From Octopus vulgaris (lineage: Eukaryota), in the NCBI GenBank assembly GCA_951406725.2, contig OX597815.1, forward strand, positions 195,920,001 to 195,984,000: a stretch of DNA of 64,000 nt, given 5' to 3'. Within the stretch, counting starts at the first letter, position 1; every line of letters starts with the position of its first letter. Below, piece by piece: positions 24,684-39,994 of this stretch. The position numbers and the translations under genes are program-made. The notes below the pieces were generated by a model that searched no databases, was not told where the DNA came from, and worked only from the letters and a program-made list of their open reading frames with translations.

Positions 24684-24769
24684 AATAAAAACAACAACAA
24701 CAACGACGACGACAAAAACAATAACAACAACAACAACAACAACAACAACAGCAACAACAATAATAATAA

Positions 24770-24933
24770 GAGGGGCTGCAATTAGGGTGGAGTGCTTGCA
24801 GAAAACAGGACTAGCTTGGAACCGCTCGAATACTCCGGAAAGTGCTCGAACAATGAGAGGTGTTACCTTAGTTCAATAGCAGTGAGCAGCTGACACCGTA
24901 GTACATCTCCAGCGTTAGAAACTGTGCAAAGGC
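24770..24933 (+). mobile_element. R4/Dong-type LINE 3' stub, family 3
   Basis: LQKT..(frameshift)..LGTARILRKVLEQ* followed by its own 3' UTR, then (TAA)n. Confidence 0.7.
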
Positions 24934-24946
24934 AATAATAATAATG

Positions 24947-25005
<59 letters not shown>

Positions 25006-25067
25006 TATTATTATTATTATTAAAGTGAAGACCACAATAATAATAATAATTATTATTATTATTAATA

Positions 25068-26763
<1,696 letters not shown>

Positions 26764-26784
26764 AAGAATAGTAGTAGTAATAAA

Positions 26785-27232
26785 TACCCTGATACAGTAC
26801 CAGGCAGTGGGTCTCATTGCTTCTGATCTTAACTGATTGGAAGTGTCATTATGATCATGTTTTGTCTTGGTGTAAAAGATGGGCTACAGCAAATTTTCTG
26901 CTGAATATCACAGATCTGCTTGTCAATTGTTTGACCTTAGAAAGCTGAGCTGACAATATATGTGGCTGTCAATATTAATGGCTGACAATATATTCATCTC
27001 TGATCACGAGCAGAAGTTTTTGGGGAAGCATCAGAGCAAGGCGTCGAGAGAAATTCTTTACGGTTGGGAATAATTCACCCTGGAAACATCTTTAAACAAA
27101 CTTTATTCAGGTACCTCTTGAACGAAATTGGCTACTCGGCCTAAAGAAAATTCTAATTGGGCTTCACCTGCAAAGTCATGCGTTGTATATCTTGATATGA
27201 AATCACCATATCACGCACATATAGTTGTGATA
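26785..27232 (+). mobile_element. Older copy of the non-coding TAA-inserted element (5' part)
   Basis: ~27110-27232 aligns to 23570-23695. Confidence 0.6.
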
Positions 27233-27239
27233 CAATTTC

Positions 27240-28375
27240 TTACAATTTTCTTTTTAGGTAGTATAATGGGTCTATTGCAAAGTGCACCAATTACAACAGG
27301 AATAATTCGTCTCTTGGTCTCCCACAGTCCCCTAATTTTTCTGGCTAAACTCTGATATTTCTCAACGTTTTCAGTTTCTTTAATATCAAATCTGCTATCT
27401 TAGGGGATTGAAAAATCTCTGATGTTGCACTATTTGTGCTGTGTAGACGCCCCTAGATGATGAAGTAGGCTAGCCCAATACGTAGATATAGAGAGAGAAG
27501 TCTAGACGTCAGAGCTGAGTAGAGGTCATCCGAACGTGCGATATAACAGTGGCGACGAAGATTTCGTAGCACACACAGCCACTGTGTAGTATTGTGATAT
27601 AACACTTTGTTTATTTTGTCCTGTATGATCATATCCAGTTTTGTTATTTCGATATTATTGGTATTAAGGCGGAAATCCTACAAGATCTTGTGATTCCCAT
27701 TTTCTTTGACAGTCTCAGTTCCGTGTGCCTACCCGTTTTCTATTGATTTTAAGCCACATAGTCGACTAACATCCCAATGCTTTCGTTTGCCTATACAGTT
27801 ATGTTTGCATTTATACTCTTTTTGTGCTAGTATACTACACTCAAAATGTGATAGAAATTTTCGTCTCCTTTCCTGCAGATTCTACATTTGGTGTCTGACT
27901 GAGATTATTTGATCGTTGTCTTTATCAAGTTTGTTCAAAAAGATTTGTATCTGAGCGGTAATAGTTAGCGTTTCTGGCTCTCGTTTCAAGTTTCCGTTCG
28001 TCAACTAGAGCCAGCGATCTTTTCTTCCGTCGTTCTCGCTTTATTGCACGAATTGGTCACGTATTTCTACACTTTCCATTTTTTTCTTTTCGCTTTAAGT
28101 TCTCTGACTGTTTCAGTCACTTTTGGGATATCTCTGAATGCCGATAATATTTTTACTTTAATCTTCACAACATAATTTTTCAGACCCACTATCGCAGTAT
28201 TAACAGTGTCTTCTATGCTTACTAATTCTCTGCCCCATTCCTTTCTTGGCGTGTATTGCTTTTAGGATGGAGTGTGTGGTGCTTTGTAAGCAGGTTTCTA
28301 CATCTTCCACCCAAGATCTACAGATTGAATTTTGTCCATTTCAGAAAGGGAGGAGAGCATCTCAATAGTGACAAA
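27240..28375 (-). pseudogene. Highly decayed RLE LINE remnant
   Basis: Minus-strand traces of IIPVVIGAL, YTPRKEWGRE and NNIEITKLDMI in the same order as the intact neighbours. Confidence 0.6.
27442..27589 (+). mobile_element. Short LTR-retrotransposon remnant (mini LTR + PBS)
   Basis: TGTAG...AACA (27442-27548), then G-TGGCGACGA, a Gypsy-type primer-binding motif. CTGTGTAG is repeated at 27439 and 27582. Confidence 0.5.
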
Positions 28376-28379
28376 GCCT

Positions 28380-29392
28380 AAAACACTCCAACTTCATCAA
28401 TAGTGGAAAAGTGAGCACCTGAATTTAGGAGTGGAAGGGAACGTGTGCTGAAGATGACCCATGGTCTGGACCTCCTGTAACTGCCACCATTGATCATGTT
28501 TTCCACATGGTGATGAATCACAGACTGGATGGAAGCACTCCGTCGTTTACGACGACGAGGGTTCCGGTTGATCCGATCAACGGTATAGCCTGCTCGTGAA
28601 ATTAACGTGTATGTGGCTGAGCACTCCACAGACACGTGTACCCTTAGCGTAGTTCTCGGGGATATTCAGCATGACACAGAGTGACAAGGCCGGTCCCTTG
28701 AAATACAGGTACAACAGAAACTGGAAGTAAGAGTGAGAGAAAGTTGTGGTGAAAGAGTACAGCAGGGATCACCACCATCCCTGCCGGAGCCTCGTGGAGC
28801 TTTTTAGGTGTTTTCGCTCAATAAACACTCACAACGCCCGGTCTGGGAATCGAAACCGCGATCCTACGACCGCGAGTCCGCTGCCCTAACCACTGGGCCA
28901 TTGCGCCTCCGAATCACAGACTATCGACTATAAATCAATTAGCCAACGCAATTAGCATATCTCGTGAGAGAGTTGATGTTATTCTGCTCAATGAAAGTTG
29001 CATGACAAATGCATGCCATCTCTTCTGACGCCTAATCAAAAGCTCACCAGGAGAATCTGACATTGTTTAGAGCACATCCAGATGGTTTCCCTAGGCATTT
29101 TTCTAACCCAAGATGGATATTGATCATTACTTTAAACCAGAGACTAAGGGAGAATCAATGCAGAGAAAACCCCTTCGTTACCTGCTCCAAATAAGTCCTG
29201 GTCGATTCATCTGCAGGGATGGATATTGCCTCAGCTTTTTTAGGATGCAAAAGGCATTATGTTTATTCAAAAGGGCCACACCATCAACGGAGAATACTAT
29301 GTCTACTTACTGAGTTAGTTATGAGAGGCTATCAAGATCAAACGGTCAGGAAAACCGACAAAAAGGGTCTTGTTTCATCAGGGCAATGCTTA
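28380..29392 (+). pseudogene. Decayed mariner transposase remnant interrupted by a SINE
   Basis: Traces of HYFKPETKGESMQ, DAKGIMFI, KGHTINGEYY, IKRSGKPTKRVLFHQGNA, collinear with the transposase at 54137-55185. Confidence 0.75.
28527..28910 (-). mobile_element. SINE family A, tail type 2, 12-bp TSD
   Basis: GAATCACAGACT at 28515-28526 and 28911-28922. Confidence 0.93.
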
Positions 29393-29427
29393 TAGAGAGT
29401 TTCTTTATATTTATTTTAATTATTTTC

Positions 29428-29577
29428 ACGTGGTAAGTTGCTTGCTTACCAACCACATGGTTCCGCGTTCAGTCGCACTGCGTCGCACCTCGGGCAAGTG
29501 TCTTCTACTATAGCCTCGGCCCGACCAAAGCCATGTGAGTGGATTTGGTAGACGGAAACTGAAAGAAGCCTGTAGCA

Positions 29578-29642
<65 letters not shown>

Positions 29643-29863
29643 ATGTTTGTGTGTCTGTGTTTGTCTCCCCAACATCGCTTGACAAACGATGCTTGTGTGT
29701 TTATGTCCCCGTAACTTAGCGGTTCGGCAAAAGAGACCGATAGAATAAGTACTAAGCTTACAAACAATAAGTCCTGGGGTCTATTTGCTCGACTAAAGGT
29801 GGTGCTCCAGCATGGCCGCAGTCAAATGACTGAAACAAGTAAAAGAATAAAAGAGTAAAAGAG
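29428..29863 (+). mobile_element. SINE family B
   Basis: Match to family B. Confidence 0.9.
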
Positions 29864-30170
29864 AACTATGCATACAGTTCCATTTGTGCTAACGTCAGTA
29901 ATTCTGAAGAATCACACTAACCTTGAAGTCGTTTACCAAGTTCGATTAGTAACACAGTCGTTGAATTCTATTTAGTGTGGGGTTTACCTGGTCCAAATAT
30001 ATTATTTGTGCGCTGAGATGATCGTTATTAGTCAGTTGAAACATAGACGTTATGTACAAGCAGATGAGTGTAAACGAAATTACCTCCTCTTGTTGCACAA
30101 CATTTCATAGACGCAATCGTTGTATGAGAATGACAGCGAACTTTGACTTCATGTTTCCATATATCCACTA

Positions 30171-30584
30171 TCTATTTCTTTACTACCCACAATGGGCTAA
30201 ACATAGAGGGGACAAACTAGGACAAAGGGATTAAGTCGATTACATCAACCCCAGTGCGTAACTGGTACTTAATTTATCGACCCCGAAAGGATCAAAGGCA
30301 AAGTCAACCTCGGCGGAATTTGAACTTAGAACGTAGCGGCAGACGAAATACCTATTTCTTTATTACCCACAAGGGGCTACACATAGAGGGGACAAACAAG
30401 GACAGACATAGGTATTAAGTCGATTACATCGACCCCAATGCGTAACTGGTACTTAATTTATCGACCCCGAAAGGATGAAAGGCAAAGTCGACCTCGACGG
30501 AATTTGAACTCACAACGTAACGGCAGACGAAATGCGGTTACGCATTTCGCCCGACGTGCTAACGTTTCTGCCAGCTAGCCGCCA
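30171..30584 (-). mobile_element. SINE family C dimer with TSD
   Basis: Head + two units; CATATATCCACTATCT flanks both sides (~30159 and ~30588). Confidence 0.9.
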
Positions 30585-31331
30585 TAACATATATCCACTA
30601 TCTGATTGCATTGAGTATTTCTGGACAGCCATATTAGATTGCGATAGACTTTCATAATTTACTGAAACAAATGTCAGGATAATTTTACGCAAGCCACGTA
30701 CAATGGTTCATGCAGTTCAAAAGTATTCTTTTTGTAGCGAAAAGACGTGGAAGATCATATCAAAAGTGATTTTTTTAAAAGTAAACTTAAAAATAGATCT
30801 CACTAGATAAAATATTTAAAAAATCTTTATGTTTGAAACGGAAAACAAATACTCGAGTACATGAACGGAATTAAAACCGTGTAAGCTAGTCATTAAAAAG
30901 AATACTTGTCAAAAATTATGCTCAAATATAAATAAAATACGATTTCATGAAGAAGTATCCAGTACGATGCAAGAACTGCCATCGTATGAGAAACATACTT
31001 AAATATTTAATGTATGTGAGATTTGAAGTCTGTACGCGCGTATATGATTGTGTACAACCATGCATGCATAAATACATATATATGTTTTTGTGTGAGTGCG
31101 TGTGTCTGTCTATGTATAAGCAGTTTCATTTATGTATATCCTTTTTTGTTCTCAAATTTCAACATATTTTTAGCATTGTTTCCTGTGTTAATGCTGCGAG
31201 CGTAACCTCGCACCAAACTTCTGATGGTCTTATCAGTCCACTTAATGCTATTCTGTGTTAATTGTTTTGCCGCTTCACTATTCGCGTACGCAGGCAAAAA
31301 GTAAATAAAGGAAAATACTCATTAAGCTGCA

Positions 31332-31389
<58 letters not shown>

Positions 31390-33186
31390 ACTCACACACA
31401 CACGCACACGCACACACACAGATATTATGTCACCCGAAAATATATGAAACTAGCAGTAATACCTGTCGTTGCTCGGATAATTACTGATACTCTTTCTCGG
31501 GAACCACATTCAAAGTGTTATTATATTGAGAGATTTACTCCTCCTGTATGTGTGTATTTTATAAGAAAAAATACATGTAATAATTGAAGTAGAAAAAAGA
31601 TCAATTTCATACACGAACTTCTGTTTGTTTATTATATGACAATAAAGTGTGAGATGTATGTGTTATTGTATATATCAATGCAGTAATGGCAATTATATAA
31701 TAAACAGGGCTTTTGGTCGGCACAGAGCTGTAAAGAAAAAGAATTGCTCAACGTGCCGCACAGTGGGATTGAACCCAAAGTGACATGGTTGGAAAGCAAC
31801 CTTCTCAATCACACAGCCACGCCTATATAGGAGAGATACATTTTGGATAGTATACTCCTTGATACAATATGCTTAATAAAAAGATAGGATGTTTATTGTG
31901 AGAATTCCTCGAGCATGCAACAACTAACGACACTACGCCATATAGAGTGTTCCAGAATTAATTATCTGTTTCAATGAAATTGAGCAAATTTTTAAAAAAA
32001 CTGATGGAATTTTATGTTTATTACCGAAGCAAATAGATTTATAAATCTTACGTCAAACTTTTACTCTGAAATTTTCAAAATGTCTGTATCCCTGTATGCT
32101 TCAAATCTCTCCTTAGCGTTGTGAAACACATTTTGAAGCATTTGAGGAGTTCGCTTCTGCACTGCTAACTGAATGAGTTCTTTAAGCTCAGCTACACGAT
32201 TGCTCCATCTTAGGGATGGAGGTAAAGAAAATGTTTGCTGCCAAATTGAAAAAAAAAGCCTTCATGGACTTGAAAAGGAATGCAAGTAAATTGGGTTTTT
32301 AAAAAATGCATCCGATTTCACTTAAATCATCATTAATTCTGGGACAACCTATATTTAATGTGAGGTATACTTGCCATCTCAATATGGCTAATCACTAAGG
32401 GTGGGTGTTACTGTAGTTTGTAGCCCCAGGTGAACATCGTCTCCAGTTGACTTTAGGCACACTTTCTTTGCCCTTATGGTATTTGCAAAGGGAGGTCACC
32501 ATTCCCTCGTCAACGAAAGTGATACGCACGGACGAAACACCTTTTCATCGAAAATCGGTGAATGTCGTACGCTGATGACAGGTCAAAACCTATATTTACT
32601 TGTCCGCCTAAATGGGGGAGGGAACACAGGGGCGGGTTACTAATTGCAGGTGGCGAGCGTGGCTTCCGGAAGTGGTCCTGCAGTCAAACTCAAATGGCTG
32701 AGTCACAACAGCAGTTTGCTTCTTCTATGAACATTTTGCATTATATATTTCACACATGGATGACATAGAAAGCGGACATGCTGCGTTGCGCATTATTGGA
32801 AACGTGAAACATCAACAGGGCACTCCTGTAAAATGGATGAATGGATTTGTCGTGCCTTACCCAGCCGCTCACACACGCACATGGGCCGGTGGTGCGCGAG
32901 ATGGTAACATGAAGCTTCAACAGGGCGCTGACAAAAATTTTAGGTTTTTTCTCATTTCCTCTGCCAAATTAAACAAAAAGGTTTTCATGAAATATTATAC
33001 GCTACTTATAATGCATAACAAGTGTCAATATTTTATCGTCGCAAAATGACCCGAAACAAAGATAAACCCAGTGCAGTATACCCATAGTATACTCATAAAT
33101 ACTCATATATATATATATACATATATATGTATATATATATGTATATATATGTATATATATATATATGTATATATATGTATATATAC

Positions 33187-33229
<43 letters not shown>

Positions 33230-33427
33230 TATATATTCATATATATACATATATATATATATATACGTATATATACATATATATACATATATATACATAT
33301 ATATATACATATATATACATATATACATATATATATACATATATACATATATATATACATATATATATACATATATATACATATATATATACATATATTA
33401 TATATACATATATTTACATATATATAC

Positions 33428-33460
<33 letters not shown>

Positions 33461-33461
33461 A

Positions 33462-33723
33462 TTTTTGTGGGGTTTGCCAGGCAACGGAAGAAATTTTTTA
33501 TGAGAAGGAGGTGGGTAAAAGGCGTGGCTTTTGCATTGGTATGGTTAGACCTCTTTGTTTAGTGCAGTACTAAGTGTCCTTTTAGGCCACTAAGTATTCT
33601 ACTAAACAAACAAGTCTGACCATACCAATACAAAAACCACGCCTCTTTATCTCCTCATCCTTCTCAGAAAAAAATCGCTTTTTCTTCTTTCTTCTCCGTT
33701 GCGTGGCAACCACCCTCTAAATT
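33462..33723. repeat. ~260-bp imperfect palindrome (fold-back/MITE-like) beside a long TA/TACA tract
   Basis: TTGCCAGGCAACGGA / TCCGTTGCGTGGCAA, TTGGTATGGTTAGAC / GTCTGACCATACCAA, TTTGTTTAGT / ACTAAACAAA; centre near 33580. Confidence 0.85.
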
Positions 33724-33824
33724 TTTTTATATATAAAAGTCCAAGACATTTAACTTTAAACCATTTTATGATAAATCCGATAACGGAAGAAAGCGCTAAA
33801 AGTATAAATGAAATGTATTCTATT

Positions 33825-34025
33825 ATTTGTTTCATTTATTTGACCGTGGCCATGCTGCAGCGCCGCCCTTGGTCGAGCAAATCGACCCCAGGACATATTC
33901 TTTGTAAGCCTAGTTCTTATTCTATCGGTCTGTTTTGCCAAACCGCTAAGTTACGGTGATGTAAACACACCACCATCTGTTGTCAAGCGATGTTGGGCGC
34001 ACAAACACAGACACACAAACACATG

Positions 34026-34077
<52 letters not shown>

Positions 34078-34243
34078 TACGGCGGATTTCTTTCAGTTTC
34101 CGTCTACCAAATCCACTCACAAGGCTTTGGTCGGTCCGAGGCTACAGTAGAAGACACTTGTCCATGGTGCCATGCAGAGGGACTGAACCCAGAACCATGT
34201 GGTTTGTAAGCAAGTTACTTACCACACAGCCACAACTGCGCCT
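33825..34243 (-). mobile_element. SINE family B
   Basis: Match to family B. Confidence 0.88.
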
Positions 34244-34361
34244 ATATGTAATTATCCAACACTCTGACACCATATTCTAAATATACAATATCTGTACATC
34301 ACTTCAAAAACTACATATATAAATAAATATATATATATATATCTATCATTATATTTGTGTG

Positions 34362-34400
<39 letters not shown>

Positions 34401-35573
34401 TTGAGAAAACATGATTCTGACGAACATTATCCATACATTCTAAGCTGCATGAGACGCCACACAGAATGCAATACAAATAAAAGACCTTGTTTTATACACT
34501 CTGCAGCTGCCACTATGTGGGACGAGTTGCTATTAAACGTAGCCTAAAAGACTGAATTAAATTCAAATATTTTTCTCCTTTCTACCCCTCATCTCTCCCC
34601 CTCTCTCTCTATTAATCCAGCTCTTTCTCTCTCACTGTTTTCCTTTTTTCTCTCTCTCCCTCTCTTCTTACTACAATTAATTTGATCGATCACTGGATTT
34701 TGGCATAAAACATTAAAATTCAGTTCCAATAGAATTAACAGAAAATTATGTTTCACCAATACAACAAAAAAAATCCACTTCGTGTAACGTTAAGCAATGG
34801 GAGTTTTATTCTGGCATCCTAGGTTCGTTTCACTGCTGAAATCATTACACTTATTCCTTACAGAAATTTCAGTTATAATAAGCGGTTATTTAGTAAACAT
34901 TAAGTCTAATCCACGAGTGATTACAGATATTGGTCTCAAATTTAAGCACAAGGCTTCAGTTTCAGAGAAGGTAGTCAGTCAATTACATTTACCCCCGTGC
35001 TCAATGGTTGCATATTGTATGAAAGGTTGTAGGAGAACTATTTCAGTTTAGCGGAACAGTATCTATGGATACCTGATTTGGTTAGCGCAGCTAACTGTCG
35101 TTCAACCCGCGCATAAATACACACCGTCACCTTGTTACCAGGAACGCTCGAAAGATTAAACAGTTCCGGCCAGGCTTTCGAGGCAATAGGACTTATTACT
35201 CCAATGTCCCTGACTGAACTCACGACCTCGTGTTACATTTCTAAGGAATGTATATTCTAAAACCTATTGAATTATGTAACTGCTTAGCATTTACCATGTT
35301 ACTGATTCTTATCCGTGTGAAATGGTGTCTTTCTCAAGGATATACTGCATCGCCGGGAATCGATTCCACGACATTATGATAGTGAGCCGAGTCGGAGGTA
35401 CTCTCATTGGATGTTTTCTGATAGAGCAACATTTTATTGAAGAAAGTGAAGTAGTTCACTTTGATGCCAGTAAATTTGATGTTAAAGCCTTTCAAAATTT
35501 AGAAGCATTTGGTTTTCATGTTTCATAGATATGTTTAGGTATTTGACTGAGCAATATATAATTCCGTGTTCAA

Positions 35574-35786
35574 AGGTGGTGAGCTGGCAGAAACGTTAGC
35601 ACGCCGGACGAAATGCTTAGCGGTATTTCGTCTGCCACTATGTTCTGAGTTCAAATTCCGCCGAGGTCGAATTTACTTTTCATTCTTTCGGGATCGATAA
35701 ATTAAGTACCAATTACGTACTGGGTCGATCTTATCGACTGGCTGCTTCCCCTAAAATTTCGGGTCTTGTGCCTAGAGTAGAAAAGA
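35574..35786 (+). mobile_element. SINE family C monomer with alternative terminal tail
   Basis: Head + body + ..CCCCTAAAATTTCGGGTCTTGTGCCTAGAGTAGAAAAG. Confidence 0.88.
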
Positions 35787-36253
35787 AAAGAAAATGTCCG
35801 TGTTCAAATCGTATTCCATCACCGTCATTCCTTTTGTACTTCTTTGTCTAATAAAGGAAATCCCTAGTGATGATTATGACAACAGAATAAATGATGCCTA
35901 AATCAATTAATTAATCAATCAGTGACAAAGTAGATATAAAGCTTCACTCGGTATCTTAGGTACCAAACTATTGAGTTTTACTGCTACATCTTTATGGGGC
36001 GGGTCTACAGTTTCAAGATGACCCTCCTATTTTCCACCCACTGGTATTAGTGATTCCGAGAGGTACGCCATAAGAAGTATTATTTTATTCTTTTACTTGT
36101 TTTAGGGATTTGAATGCGGTCATACTGGGGCACCACCTTGAACAAAGCGGAGGTTCCAGTGCGATATATAAGGTTCCAGTGCGATATACATGTATGTTAA
36201 GATCTATGATATTTCGCTCTGAAAAAGTTAGTTGCGTTTATATATATAGTCAC

Positions 36254-36472
36254 TTTTACTCTTTTACTTGTTTCAGTCATTTGACTGCGGCCATGCTGGA
36301 GCACAGCCTTTGGTCGAGCAAATCGACCCCAGGACTTATTCTATCGGTCTCTTTTGCCGAACCGCTAAGTTACGGGGACGTAAACACACCAGCATCGGTT
36401 GTCAAGCGATGTTGGGTGGGGAACAACACAGACACACAAACACACACACACACACACATATATACATACATG

Positions 36473-36506
<34 letters not shown>

Positions 36507-36670
36507 CGACGGGCTTCTTTCAGTTTCCGTCTACCGAATCCATTCACAAGGCTTTGGTCGGCCCGAGGCTATAGTAGAAGACACTTGCCCAACGTGCCAC
36601 GCAATGGGACTGAACCTGGAATCATGTGGTTGTTAAGCAAGCTACTTACCACACAGCCACTCCTACGCCT
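36254..36670 (-). mobile_element. SINE family B
   Basis: Match to family B. Confidence 0.88.
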
Positions 36671-37004
36671 ATTTGCATAAAAAAATATAAGTAATATTAG
36701 TGTACGGAATGTTGGAGTGATCTTAATACGTATTTCCCTGAATTTAGTTATCTGAAACTATGACAACGTGAATAAGAATTTCGCAACGAAGTGATTTTTG
36801 TTTGTACCTCACTCGACGTTGCTTTCTAGGAGTGATCAAAGACTCGCGTGTCGACATCAGTGGAGGAAAATGCGATTAAAGTCCATTTCAGTGATTGTTA
36901 CTGCTCTTGGTTGACTATATTAACCTGTAGCTTGTTTCATTTAACATCATCATCTGTCAGTTGGGTGTCGTTGGTGGATTTCCTGTGCAAGCATCTCTGG
37001 TCTG

Positions 37005-37319
37005 GGAAGGCGCAATGGCCCAGTGGTTAGGGCAGCGGACTCGCTTTCGGAGGATCGCGGTTTCGATTCCCAGACCGGGCGTTGTGTGTGTTTATTGAGC
37101 TAAAACACCTAGAAGCTCCACGAGGCTCTGTGAGGCGGGGTGGCGACCCCTGTCGTACTCTTTCGCCACAACTTTCTCTCACTCTCTCTCCCTCTTTCTT
37201 GAGTAACGCTGCGACGGACTGGCGTCCCGTCCAGCTGGGGGGAACACATACGCCACAGAAACCTGGAAACCGGGCCCATGAGCCTGGCTAGGCTCGAAAA
37301 GGGCTACGTTTATCGTTTT
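37005..37319 (+). mobile_element. SINE family A, tail type 3, 13-bp TSD
   Basis: CATCTCTGGTCTG at 36992-37004 and 37320-37332; tail contains GCGACGGACTGGCGTCCCGTCCAG. Confidence 0.92.
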
Positions 37320-37647
37320 CATCTCTGGTCTGAGGACAGTTTCTTCCTTACAGCACCTGACAAATAACGTTGGCACCTTGATATTGCCGTAGGTGCTGTC
37401 TATTATCTTCTCACTGAGAAATCAAAAACAGATACCACGTACATTGTATTACTCGTGTTATTCGCCTCAGTAGCTACTAATATGTTTAAAGTTTAGGTCA
37501 ACATTCTTCACCTGACGAATAACCATAAATTTCCGATTAATAAATTGGAGATACGGCTTCATTTTTATCGATCCCAAGACCTCTTTTGACACGGGATTTT
37601 AAACTTTTGACTTATCTCATATGAAATATATTGTGATATTGTAGTAT

Positions 37648-37819
37648 AGGCGCAGGAGTGGCTGTGTGGTAAGTAGCTTGCTTACCAACCACATGGTTTC
37701 GGGTTCAGTCCCACTGCGTAGCACCTTGGGCAAGTGTCTTCTACTATAGCCTCGGGCCGACCAATGCCTTGTGAGTGGATTTGGTAGACGGAAACTGAAA
37801 GAAACCCGACGTATATATG

Positions 37820-37865
<46 letters not shown>

Positions 37866-38070
37866 TGTGTTTGTCCCCCCAACCTCGCTTGACAACCGAT
37901 GCTGGTGTGTTTGCGTCCCCGTAACTTAGCCGTTCGGCAAAAGAGGCCGATAGAATAAGTACTAGACTTACAAAGAATAAGTCCTAGGGTCGATTTGCTC
38001 GACTAAAGGCGGTGCTTCAGCACGGCCGCAGCCAAATGACTGAAACAAGGAGAAGAGTAAAAAGAGTAGA
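37648..38070 (+). mobile_element. SINE family B
   Basis: Match to family B. Confidence 0.9.
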
Positions 38071-38704
38071 GAGTTTGAGAAAAGAAATTATTTAAATTTA
38101 TTACTTTATGCGTTAAAACTTAATCAACTAGCTCCTTCCTCCAACATTTCAGGAGTTGTGCTTACAGTAGAAAAACTTCCATTTGACATTTAAGTTTTTT
38201 CTAAAATTTGTTATGAACATTATACTTTTAAAAAATGTTACGTAAAATAGTAGGACAATAAAATCTGTTGCCATTCATTTTAGCAAATAATCAATTTGTT
38301 AACAAATAAAAGATATGACAATCTTGTGTAAAAAGTTAATGTTACTTTTTTTTCAATAGAAATGGGTCAGCCTTTTGTGCATGCTTTTTTGAGCACCGCC
38401 CAAATGACAGTTGTAACATATTTAAGATCGGGTGAGGCATAAAAATTATAGAAGAAAAGATTAAATGGTATTTAGTTACGTAAATTTGTGTTAACAGTTA
38501 AAATCTCATCCGGCCGGAATCGATAATGTAAGTAAAATCAAATACTCAAATCGAAATGTAATGTTTATTTTAGCGTGAATCAAATTCAGAAGTTGTAAAA
38601 GCAAGTTATCTGAATATGAAATCAGCTTACCTTTCGACCGCTCTCAAACGCAGTCTATCTGCGTTTGCCATGTTATTTATCTCGGATATTTTCACTTTGA
38701 CCGG

Positions 38705-39074
38705 CAGATTTTTAAAATAATTTCTTTGTAACTAAACACTTTTAAACTTCGTATACTGGTAGTGTGTTACATAAAACAGCTTTTTCTCTTGGCTTTCTTG
38801 AGAAAATTCTGTAGTTTGTAAGCTATTTGTTGTTTAATTTCTTGCATTTCGGCAATTTCAACCAATCAATGACGTCTATTGAGGTGAATACAATTTCTGC
38901 CCTATTTTGTCAACAACATTTTCTGGCGGTGTCATATCAAATTTGTCAACAAATAGCTTACAAACTACAGAATTTTCTCAAGAAAGCCAAGAGAACAAGA
39001 TGTTTTATGTAACACACTACCAGTATACGAAGTTTAAAAGTGTTTAGTTACAAAGAAATTATTTTAAATATCTG
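38705..39074. mobile_element. Fold-back/MITE-like element with ~128-bp near-perfect inverted arms
   Basis: 38705-38832 is the reverse complement of 38947-39074 with few mismatches. Confidence 0.85.
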
Positions 39075-39477
39075 ATATTTGGCGTAGTGAAATTGCGATT
39101 TCATTTTCGTGTTTCGGCTGTCAATTTATTATTGATATTAATTCAATTAACAATAAGTACTTTAATTAACATACGTTAGGTATGAATAACAATGCAAATT
39201 AATGGGAAGGAAAAATACTATCCAAGGCGTTCCATTAATTTCTGGCTGCATCGTTATGTACCCTTAATTACTGGCTTCAAATACACCCAAGGTTTCAATT
39301 CGTCTTTACTGCGTTCAAAGTTGATAAAAATAAAATCTAGTTACACTTCATTTTCATTATTTCAGTGACCCATCACACATCAGTCCATCTTTCGACGATT
39401 TTAGTTGCATATCAGCTATCAATGAGAAGTGTTTGTTTTCTCTTTGCACAACAATACTCTATTTTTGAAGAGAACTA

Positions 39478-39994
39478 CCGTAAATGCTCGAGTATAATCC
39501 GCACTTTTTTCCAAAATTTAAACGTCAAAATCCCTAGTGCGTACTATATACGAGGTTAAAAATGGAAATTATTTTCTAAGCAATATCCGAGTCTCTATTT
39601 GCTGTCCGGCAATATTTTATTCAGACGCATTTTGTGATGTCGGGCGCGAAAATACATTAAGCTAAACCCTGAAGCAATGAAGTCATAAAAGAATCATCCA
39701 CAACTTGCAGTAAGCAACATTTATTAAACGTTATTACTGTTATTACTGTTATTTCTTTATTTTCTGCAACATGCGCAAAAAAGCTACACGTTTGCATTAT
39801 GTTATATATACAATAATAATAAAGGACGTTACCGTATACATTTTTACAAACCAAGGGCGTTATATAGACCTCCTTGACTCAAGTTAGAGAAAGGGTGCGT
39901 ATTATACACAAGGTTTAGGTTTTTCAGAAGTACAGCCCCCTAAAACTCCCCTGCGTATTATACTCAAGGCCGGACTATACACGAGGATTTACGG
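39478..39994. mobile_element. pogo/Tc2-type MITE with TA TSD
   Basis: TA|CCGTAAATGCTCGAGTATAATCCG ... CGGACTATACACGAGGATTTACGG|TA; subterminal TGCGTA(T/C)TATA repeats. Confidence 0.88.

Noticed and set aside
26785-26850. Faint resemblance of the non-coding TAA element's 5' end (reverse strand) to U2 snRNA words
   Set aside because: Only two short imperfect words match, with no Sm site or U2 5' stem.
33071-33573. Long YI/HT/CV-repeat ORFs (also 10816-11182, 20699-21008, 51811-53368, etc.)
   Set aside because: These are translations of TA/CA/TACA microsatellites with no coding signal.
37005-37082. tRNA-like sequences at SINE A/B/D heads as tRNA genes
   Set aside because: They have A/B boxes but no proper acceptor stem, and are always fused to SINE bodies with TSDs.
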